A DNA stretch of 64,000 nt from a virus (Duplodnaviria > Caudoviricetes), in the IMG/VR virus record IMGVR_UViG_3300021963_000022, one strand, 5' to 3'. Of this stretch, positions 36,737-44,501 are shown one piece after another; the first letter of the stretch is position 1; the number at the start of each line of letters is the position of its first letter. The notes beneath the pieces are model-generated. The model was given only the letters and a program-made list of their open reading frames with translations, did not search any database and was not told the origin of the DNA. Both the position numbers and the translations under genes were made by a program.

Positions 36737-38809
36737 TTATTCTATATCAACGCTATTAGAGTAAGTTGTAAAACCGTTCTCTTTGATTACTTTTAACACA
36801 CTAGGTACACGTCCGGCTAATTCTTCTCTATGAGAAACTAACCAAATACTCTTTTGACGCCTACGACTCATATCTTTGAGAATAGCTAAACTGTTCTCAA
36901 CACCCATCGTATCAAGCCCTGAATCAATCAATTCATCAATAAACAATGTATTGATCGGGGCATATAAGTTTTCCCAAACATCACGGAATGCAAAACTCAA
37001 ACCAAGAATCAATCGATTGCGTTCACCTCGACTTAGATTGTCAAAGTCTAACTCACGACCTAATTCTGTAATCTCAACTTGTAAATCGTTCTTAAACACT
37101 ACTAAATGCGGTAATCCGATCTTATCTAAGTAATGTGTTAATCTACCATTCAAATAACTCAAGTTCTGATCAATAATCTTCTTACGAACAAAACTGTCTT
37201 TGCTAGTCAATATATCTAACAAGAACTTCTGATGTTCCATAGTCTTTGTTAGTGTATTAATTCTATCAAAGTTAATCTCTTGTAATGCTTGCGTTTCCAT
37301 TTCAACTAGTTGTTCTGCGTATGGATCAGTTTCTTGCGTCTTGTTGTCAATCGTTGATAAAATATTGGCAATTTGACTAGAATGTTTTACTGCTTCAGCT
37401 TCTGTATCATAATGAGTAGATGGCTGAGGACCTAATGTTATAGGACTTAACTCACTTAATTGGTCAGCAAAAGGATTAGCTTCTGCTCTTTTGTTTTCCC
37501 AGATAGTCTTCAAATTAGATACATCACTGCTATGACGGATTGCCTCAGCTTCTGTCTTATAGTATGTAGTTGGTTTACTACCAATATTTCTTACGGCTAA
37601 CTGATTTGCCTCTAAGTGATCCTCAAGCATAGCTAAATCAGCCTTTGTGCTTTCAAGTAACGTAATCTTTTCTTGCGTTACGTGCTCATGCTTGTCGTCA
37701 TGGAAGTCTTGACCACAGGCATAACACTTGTGATCCTCTAACTCTTTAACTTCCCGAACCAATTTCTCAATTAATTTTTTTTCTTTTGCTATACTTTTGG
37801 TTTGGGTATCAATTGCTGTAGAAATAGTCTTTTGCTCAGCCTCATCCTTTAGCCACTCTTTTAGAGTAGCCCAAGCCAATAGTTCAGCATCAATATCATA
37901 CGCATTTTTAAGTAAGTATGCCTTATGTGCTATTGAAATATCTGTGTCATGTTTTTGTAGCCATGCAGTAGAACGTGCAACTAACGCATTGTATGTATCC
38001 TGTGCTTCTTTTTGCTTAGTCCATACATTCAAATCTTTATGTGCTTGTAGTTCAGCTCCAATATCAATCTTAGAAAGGTCATCATATTGTAGTGCTAGTT
38101 GAGCTAAGTCATCATCATGTTTCTTAGTCCAGATAGTTTGTCTGCGTCTTAGTGCATCAATCTGTTCCTTAACTCGTTTGTTAGCTTCTTCAATGCCTTT
38201 AACTTTGTATTCTTCTTCTTGTATATTATCTTTGCTTTGACGAATCAAGTCTTTAATGACTTCAGCCTTCTCACTAAGCAATGTGATACCCAACAACTGC
38301 TCAATGATATCTTTTTGTTCGTTATTCTTTAATGCTAAGAAAGGTAAGCTGTATGTGTTTAACACAACAATGTGTCTAAACATCTCAGGACTCATATTCA
38401 ACACACGTTCAATTGCCGCTTGTGTTTCTTTGTTCTCACCCTGTTGATCTTCTGATGCTTTTTCTTGTACGTTGTTTACATAGAATTTAAGAATGTTTGG
38501 CTTACGCCCACGCTCAATCTTATAGTCTGTACCATTAACGTTGAACTCTAGTGTAACTAGCATAGCCTTACCGTTTGTACGATTGACTAAGTTATCTTTA
38601 CGAATGTCATTAATGGGTACACCAAACAATGCGTAGCTAAGACCCTGAATAAGAGTTGTCTTCCCCGTACCATTACGAGCACCATCACCACCTAGGTCTA
38701 AATTCTCACCCAGAATAAGTGTTAAGTCTTTTCTGTCAAAGTCTACTGCTTGTGTTACTTGTCCGATAGATAGAAAGTTGCGTAAAGTTATGTTCTTAAT
38801 TGTAATCAT
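36737..38809 (-). CDS. gp46: Recombination exonuclease ATPase subunit (T4 gp46 / SbcC / Rad50-like)
   Basis: Walker A GARNGTGKTT, CYAC zinc hook, LSRGE signature, Walker B LFIDE and VSH motif. Confidence 0.95.
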   Translation of the reverse strand: MITIKNITLRNFLSIGQVTQAVDFDRKDLTLILGENLDLGGDGARNGTGKTTLIQGLSYALFGVPINDIRKDNLVNRTNGKAMLVTLEFNVNGTDYKIERGRKPNILKFYVNNVQEKASEDQQGENKETQAAIERVLNMSPEMFRHIVVLNTYSLPFLALKNNEQKDIIEQLLGITLLSEKAEVIKDLIRQSKDNIQEEEYKVKGIEEANKRVKEQIDALRRRQTIWTKKHDDDLAQLALQYDDLSKIDIGAELQAHKDLNVWTKQKEAQDTYNALVARSTAWLQKHDTDISIAHKAYLLKNAYDIDAELLAWATLKEWLKDEAEQKTISTAIDTQTKSIAKEKKLIEKLVREVKELEDHKCYACGQDFHDDKHEHVTQEKITLLESTKADLAMLEDHLEANQLAVRNIGSKPTTYYKTEAEAIRHSSDVSNLKTIWENKRAEANPFADQLSELSPITLGPQPSTHYDTEAEAVKHSSQIANILSTIDNKTQETDPYAEQLVEMETQALQEINFDRINTLTKTMEHQKFLLDILTSKDSFVRKKIIDQNLSYLNGRLTHYLDKIGLPHLVVFKNDLQVEITELGRELDFDNLSRGERNRLILGLSFAFRDVWENLYAPINTLFIDELIDSGLDTMGVENSLAILKDMSRRRQKSIWLVSHREELAGRVPSVLKVIKENGFTTYSNSVDIE

Positions 38810-39825
38810 TACAGGTTGTTATAAATGTCTAGTAAAATTTTCTTGTCGAATGTATTAGATTCAATGCTATTGATTTGGTCAATGACGATTTGGTCAACAC
38901 TTTCAAACTTAAGTCCGTCACCATTCTGACCTTGTTCAATTGCATCACCCTTCATTGGTATAAGTGCTAGTTCTCTCAATTTATGTTCCGGAATTAGTGC
39001 TTCTCTGATAAAATTAGCTTCTTCATAGCTAATATCAATGTCAAGATGTACTCTAACATGACTGTCAATCAATAGCAACCCCTCAGGGTTTTCTAGTACA
39101 TCACTAAGTTTATATACACGGAAGATCGGTTGACGCGGCCAACTATGAAATACTGGCTCCTCACCCCATTCTAGTATCATCATACCACGTGCATCATCAC
39201 CTGCGTCAGCATAGTTATGTGGGAAGGCATTACCGATGTACCAAATGTTTTTACGTGCTTGTCGTTTATGAAAATGTCCACTGAATACTTTCTCAAAGCC
39301 CTTCATATGGTCTTCATTAATCTCACCGTGATCGGGCATCTCTACCATAGCGTTCATAAAGAATCGTGGTAACTCTAAATGACCAAACATATATTTGCCA
39401 CCCATCTTTTGTAATTTCTTGTAATCATCTTGTACAAGCCAGGGAGCAATAACTACATCTCCTTGCTGGAAGAAATCGTTGACGATTTTAACTTTTGGTA
39501 AATGCTTACCCCACTCAACACTATGAATGTCCCTGCGGTCACGATAATAAAGATCGTGATTGCCTGGTATAAAATATACAGTATCAAAGTTATCATTTAG
39601 TTTCTCCAAGGCCCGTAAGCCAAATTGTAATGTATGTATGTTGATGCTGGCACGATGATGATTATAATCACCTAAGAAGAAACAAGTTTCACATCCCTCT
39701 GCTTTTGCTTTGGTGATGAACCAATCTACAAAGTTTTCACAATCTTGGTTGTGTTGTAAACTGTTACTCTTAAGACCGAAGTGGATATCGGTAAATACTG
39801 CCGCTTTTTTGAAAAGGTTACTCAT
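38809..39825 (-). CDS. gp47: Recombination nuclease subunit (T4 gp47 / SbcD / Mre11-like)
   Basis: Phosphoesterase motifs TDIHFG, LGDYNH, PGNHD, GHLE and SGHFH. Confidence 0.95.
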   Translation of the reverse strand: MSNLFKKAAVFTDIHFGLKSNSLQHNQDCENFVDWFITKAKAEGCETCFFLGDYNHHRASINIHTLQFGLRALEKLNDNFDTVYFIPGNHDLYYRDRRDIHSVEWGKHLPKVKIVNDFFQQGDVVIAPWLVQDDYKKLQKMGGKYMFGHLELPRFFMNAMVEMPDHGEINEDHMKGFEKVFSGHFHKRQARKNIWYIGNAFPHNYADAGDDARGMMILEWGEEPVFHSWPRQPIFRVYKLSDVLENPEGLLLIDSHVRVHLDIDISYEEANFIREALIPEHKLRELALIPMKGDAIEQGQNGDGLKFESVDQIVIDQINSIESNTFDKKILLDIYNNL

Positions 39826-39831
39826 CTGTGT

Positions 39832-39867
39832 ATTATAATATTAATGACGTTGGTTTGCAACGTCATT
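39832..39867 (-). promoter_or_regulatory. Sigma70-type promoter for gp47/gp46 with an overlapping 10-bp inverted repeat
   Basis: TTGCAA (39855-60), 17-nt spacer, TATAAT (39832-37), then 6 nt to the ATG. AATGACGTTG-GTTTG-CAACGTCATT spans 39843-39867. Confidence 0.75.
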
Positions 39868-39882
39868 GGTTAAATTTACTAA

Positions 39883-40785
39883 TTATTCTTCGTAGCTAGT
39901 GCTAGAACTAGCTTGGCGTGACCAACTTGGGTTAAGACCATTAATTTCTAAAATGTCATCACGTATGTTCTGATTACGTTTTTCCGTATTCAATACCCTG
40001 CAAAAACTATTAGTTATAGCAGCCGTATAGTAAGCAAAAGGGTTTGCTGATTTTGCTTCATTGAAACGTAACCCAACATATGTTAGTTGTAGTATTGCCG
40101 AATTACGCATTTCGTCATTGTATGTATACCCACGCCAATTGAACTTCATTGCATATTTTTCGCACATCATAATATACATACGGGCAAGTTTGTTAGTGAT
40201 AGTACCGTGATCCTTATTGAATTCACCGGTAGTCAAATCTCCTCGCCAATGACTTTTCCCGATACAGTTAAATGTATTGTTACTATCTAATCTAAAATGT
40301 TGAAATGGTGGAAAGTTAACTTTGACATGAACCATATCATCTACTTCTGCTTTAGTTGTAGTATCTTCTAAGTCAGCAAAAATCTCATCCAAATCCGGTT
40401 CTTCAAACTCAAAAATATCTTTTGCTGTTTTCTTTTTAATTGTTTTGCGAGGTTGTTTTGGTGCAACAGGAACGTGATCCCACGTCATTACACGAAATAC
40501 TAAATCAGTCGTTGGGATAGATTCCGGATTAACTGAATCTTTTGCCCCCGCTTCTAAGCTAAGACGGGTAGCCCTAGTTTCTTTTGCTAGTTGAATTGAT
40601 TCTGGTTTGAATGCAAATTCTAAGCTTTCTTCAATCGTACTTTGTGGTATATCTACTATAAAGTCGTATTTGTGATCGTTTTCTGGATCTAAGAATGTGC
40701 AATATGAATTTTTGCTTGAGTGGATTTCTTTAAGAATATCTTTGTTATTAAGATAATTTACTGGTTTTTTGCTAGGTAAGCTCAT
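39883..40785 (-). CDS. gp55: Late-transcription sigma factor (T4 gp55-like)
   Basis: VNYLNNKDILKEI, NWRGYTYNDEM and FNEAKSANPFAYYTAAITNSF. Adjacent to gp47/gp46 as in T4. Confidence 0.9.
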   Translation of the reverse strand: MSLPSKKPVNYLNNKDILKEIHSSKNSYCTFLDPENDHKYDFIVDIPQSTIEESLEFAFKPESIQLAKETRATRLSLEAGAKDSVNPESIPTTDLVFRVMTWDHVPVAPKQPRKTIKKKTAKDIFEFEEPDLDEIFADLEDTTTKAEVDDMVHVKVNFPPFQHFRLDSNNTFNCIGKSHWRGDLTTGEFNKDHGTITNKLARMYIMMCEKYAMKFNWRGYTYNDEMRNSAILQLTYVGLRFNEAKSANPFAYYTAAITNSFCRVLNTEKRNQNIRDDILEINGLNPSWSRQASSSTSYEE

Positions 40786-40809
40786 ATGACTCCGTTGTTA
40801 TGATAAGCA

Positions 40810-40839
40810 ATTGTAACACAAATAGTTACTGGATTGCAA
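40810..40839 (-). promoter_or_regulatory. Sigma70-type promoter of the gp55 gene
   Basis: TTGCAA, 18-nt spacer, and TG-T-TACAAT (extended -10), with a GGAG RBS before the ATG. Confidence 0.55.
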
Positions 40840-40872
40840 CCGAGATTGGTAAAAAAGGGGAATTTTTGCTAC

Positions 40873-40901
40873 GATAAATATATTTAGTAAAGGTATAAAT
40901 A
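40873..40901 (+). promoter_or_regulatory. Late promoter motif(s) for the baseplate operon
   Basis: GATAAATA at 40873-40880 and TATAAATA at 40894-40901. Confidence 0.65.
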
Positions 40902-41743
40902 TGGCAGAATACAACGTTCCAGGGGCTACTGCGAATGCCCAAACACAGGGTGTCAAGCAAAGCCAACAAGGTTATAACCAGCAACCGGATTGGCGAGTAC
41001 GTTTAAGTCTAGCCCCTGGTGCAAACTATCTGTACAATGTTGCATCAGATGGTGATATATTAGCTCCGTTGTCTGCTACAAATGGGGTAATCTTTCCATA
41101 CACACCGCAAATCAGTGTAGCATACAGAGCTAATTATGATCCTACAGATTTGACTCATAGTAACTATAGATTATTCTTTTATAAAAATAGTGCAGTTGAT
41201 GATATACAGATTACCGCAGATTTCACTGCACAAGATACAGGCGAAGCGTCATATGTCTTAGCCGTTATACACTTTTTCAAATCAGTTACTAAGATGTTTT
41301 ATGGGTTAGATGATAATCCAAATGCAGGAACTCCTCCGCCATTATGTTATATAACTGGTTTAGGTCAGTATCAATTTAATAACCATCCATTGTTAGTTAC
41401 TAGTTTTAATTATAGTTTACCAAATGATGTAGATTACATCAGAGCAGGTAGCACTGTTCAATATGCTGGACAAAATGTACAGTCGTATCAAAATAAAATC
41501 AAAAAATCTGGCTTCCTAGATTCGGTGTTAAGTAGATTACGCGGGTCAGGTTTAAATAAAGGTGGTGTATCTACAGCACCTAAGTTTACTGCATTATCTA
41601 ATAGTGAAGCTACATATATACCTACTAAAATTCAATTGAGTATTACATGTGTTCCTGTAGTATCACGGAATGATATTGCTAAAAACTTCAGTGTAGAAGA
41701 ATATGCAAAAGGAACTTTACTTGCTAAGAAAGGTATTTGGTAA
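40901..41743 (+). CDS. Baseplate tail-tube initiator-like protein (gp48/gp54-type)
   Basis: GVIFPYTPQI, IQITADFTAQD, GTPPPLC and VTSFNYSLPNDVDYI are contractile-tail tube-initiator-like motifs. First gene of the baseplate cluster. Confidence 0.65.
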   Translation: MAEYNVPGATANAQTQGVKQSQQGYNQQPDWRVRLSLAPGANYLYNVASDGDILAPLSATNGVIFPYTPQISVAYRANYDPTDLTHSNYRLFFYKNSAVDDIQITADFTAQDTGEASYVLAVIHFFKSVTKMFYGLDDNPNAGTPPPLCYITGLGQYQFNNHPLLVTSFNYSLPNDVDYIRAGSTVQYAGQNVQSYQNKIKKSGFLDSVLSRLRGSGLNKGGVSTAPKFTALSNSEATYIPTKIQLSITCVPVVSRNDIAKNFSVEEYAKGTLLAKKGIW

Positions 41744-42045
41744 TGGCATCATATCCGCAAACTAGTCCATACTACTTAACTAGAACAGTTAATAACGAGT
41801 ACCTAGACATAATGGTAGATACTCCTGTACCTAAATTAGCAACAGACACTTATTGGACTATTACACAAACATACAATCTACGCCCGGACTTATTAGCATT
41901 TGACTTATACAATGATAGTAGATTGTGGTGGGTATTCTCACAGAGAAATCCAAACAAATTAAAAGATCCTCTATTTGACTTTACTGTTGGAACTAGCATT
42001 TACTTGCCCCAAATTGGCACATTAAAATCAACATTAGGAATATAA
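41743..42045 (+). CDS. gp53: Baseplate wedge LysM-like protein (T4 gp53-like); start revised (TAATG overlap)
   Basis: YNLRPDLLAFDLYNDSRLWWVF...RNP...DP. Confidence 0.8.
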   Translation: MASYPQTSPYYLTRTVNNEYLDIMVDTPVPKLATDTYWTITQTYNLRPDLLAFDLYNDSRLWWVFSQRNPNKLKDPLFDFTVGTSIYLPQIGTLKSTLGI

Positions 42046-42046
42046 G

Positions 42047-44452
42047 ATGGCAGATGATACAGAAGGATCAGCAGGTAGTACAATAAGCGGTAAAGCTGGT
42101 TCAGGAGAGAACACAGGATCGGCAGCAGTCGGCGCTAGTGATGGTAGAATGGATAACCCACTTAGCAAATTTTCTAATTATACATATAGAATCACTATGT
42201 ATATCATGGATGCTAAAAGCTATTCAAGTTATGTAATGGGTGATGAAAGTGCTAGTAGTAAGTTTAAAATTATAGCACAAAGCGGTGGCGTAAACGAAAA
42301 TATACAAAACCGTGTAACCGGGATCCCGCTCGATTTGTACATTGACAATTTAACAATACAAACATTAACTGCAACACAATCTACATCCATCCCCAGCAAC
42401 AGTTATAAGTTTAATTTTCAAATATTTGAACCATATGGATTTAGCTTCCCTACGCAATTAGTAAAAGCTGCATTAGAGTTTCAAGCAAATAATCCTAACA
42501 GCAAAGATGTTATTACAGCGTTACGACAGCATTATATGTTAGAGATTAAGTTCTATGGGTATGACGGTGACGGTAAGCTAATAACTGATGTTGAAGGTGT
42601 ATATAAACGTACATTCCCGGTCATGCTTACTAAGTTTAATTTCAAGTTAGATAATAAAGTAGTGACATATAATATTGAAGCTACACTAACTAATGAACAG
42701 ATTGGTAAGAGTATGATACATAGTACAATACCGCAAACTCTTACAATTAAAGCAGACACTGTTATCAATGCTATTCAAGGTGCAGAAAATGATAGTGGGC
42801 AACCGGGCAAAATTCAAGGGTTGATGCAACAATTGAATAAAATACAACAGGATCTGAAAGACAGCGATAAGATAGAGTTGATGGATGTATATGAAGTTGA
42901 ATTTGCACAGGAAGAAATTGGTGAAAGTGAGTTAGTAGGTGAATGGTATTTAAAAGAGAATTCACCCATGACACCAGTAAAAGATTCTACTGGTAGTAAC
43001 GTTAGCGCGGCAGCCACGCAAAATTCTAAAAAGATAGATAAAAATATCAGAACTATAACTTTTAACTCCGGTACATCTATTATAGCGGCAATAGATCAGA
43101 TTATATCACAAAGTAAGTATATTGAAGATGCTGTAACTGAACATCCACGTGAAGAGGTTATAGCACCAAATGGTGGCAATGTAAAGGTAGATAAAAAAGA
43201 ACCTAAGAAATTGAAATGGTATAATATTACTCCTCATATAAAACCGGGTGAGTGGGATAATAAACGAAATGATTATCAATATACTATAAAATATGTCATA
43301 CAAGAATATGAAATACCGTATGTAAGGTCTTTGTATATTAAAGAACTATCACCTTATCCCGGACCACATAAGCGTTACAAGTATTGGTTAACTGGTCAAA
43401 ACACAGAAATTATTAGTTATGATCAGGATTATAATATGTTGTATTTTACCGCAGCCGCTCTATCATCTGATGTAGCTACACCCAATAACAGTGTAAATAA
43501 TACTGCACCAATTGTTAATCAACCTGGACAAAACGCAAACCCAACATCTAAGTTACCGGGATGGTTTGAGATTATCAATAGTGTCAAAACATTCTTGTAT
43601 AGCCCGGGTGACCAATTGAAAGCTAGAATAAAGATATTAGGTGATCCTGATTATCTTATGACTGCAACTGGTGGAGCAGTAGATATAATAACTAAAAAGC
43701 GTTACGGGAATGATTATAGTATCAACCCTAATAGTGGACAAGTATTCATTGAAGTAGATTTCAAAGAAGGTGTTGATTACAACACATCAGATGGTCTATT
43801 AGAAATAAATGATGACATAAAATTTTGGGACTATCCTGATAGTATGAGTGAAGTTGAAGGTATGGCTTACCAAGTTATTCAAGTTACTAGTAATTTTAAT
43901 AAAGGTTTGTTCACACAAGAGTTAAAAACCATAGTACCTCCCTTTAAAGGACCACAAACAGGTGGTGGGGGAGAAAGAGAAGGTGCAGAAAGTCAATCGG
44001 CATCAGTAGAAAATACTGAAGGTCCAAACATTCCTGAATCAAGAGTACCAACAGAAAACGTAGGCAAACTTGCAGATGAGACAGATAGTGAAAAATTTAC
44101 ACCCAAAGTTGCGGATGCAGGAAACCTAGATACCTCGTCTAGCAAATCGTCAGGAACAGCACCTCCAGCTAAAAAATCATTAACTAATCCTGTGTCTGCT
44201 AGTGTACAAGCACCTACACCACAAGGACGACAAGTACAAGATGATGATGGTAGTTATGATAGAAATGAAGAACAAAGATTAAAGGCTAGAGCCAATGCAA
44301 CACAGTCGGTTGAAGAATCTGAAAGAAGAACTGCTGTTGCCGCAACCTATCAAAAGGTTCCTAAAGGTTCAAAAATAAAACAGGAAAGTAATGAAGGATT
44401 TATACCAACAAGTTTTAGAATTTTTGATCCATCAACGTACAAAAAGAAATAA
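42047..44452 (+). CDS. Baseplate hub-like protein (gp27-type) with low-complexity C-terminal tail
   Basis: Located between gp53-like and gp5-like genes; contains NPLSKFSNYTY, IFEPYGFSF and KILGDPDYL motifs. Confidence 0.55.
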   Translation: MADDTEGSAGSTISGKAGSGENTGSAAVGASDGRMDNPLSKFSNYTYRITMYIMDAKSYSSYVMGDESASSKFKIIAQSGGVNENIQNRVTGIPLDLYIDNLTIQTLTATQSTSIPSNSYKFNFQIFEPYGFSFPTQLVKAALEFQANNPNSKDVITALRQHYMLEIKFYGYDGDGKLITDVEGVYKRTFPVMLTKFNFKLDNKVVTYNIEATLTNEQIGKSMIHSTIPQTLTIKADTVINAIQGAENDSGQPGKIQGLMQQLNKIQQDLKDSDKIELMDVYEVEFAQEEIGESELVGEWYLKENSPMTPVKDSTGSNVSAAATQNSKKIDKNIRTITFNSGTSIIAAIDQIISQSKYIEDAVTEHPREEVIAPNGGNVKVDKKEPKKLKWYNITPHIKPGEWDNKRNDYQYTIKYVIQEYEIPYVRSLYIKELSPYPGPHKRYKYWLTGQNTEIISYDQDYNMLYFTAAALSSDVATPNNSVNNTAPIVNQPGQNANPTSKLPGWFEIINSVKTFLYSPGDQLKARIKILGDPDYLMTATGGAVDIITKKRYGNDYSINPNSGQVFIEVDFKEGVDYNTSDGLLEINDDIKFWDYPDSMSEVEGMAYQVIQVTSNFNKGLFTQELKTIVPPFKGPQTGGGGEREGAESQSASVENTEGPNIPESRVPTENVGKLADETDSEKFTPKVADAGNLDTSSSKSSGTAPPAKKSLTNPVSASVQAPTPQGRQVQDDDGSYDRNEEQRLKARANATQSVEESERRTAVAATYQKVPKGSKIKQESNEGFIPTSFRIFDPSTYKKK

Positions 44453-44501
44453 GGTAAACTATGTCAGATAATTTAATTAAACATAGAGGCGGTAGATAAA
44501 C

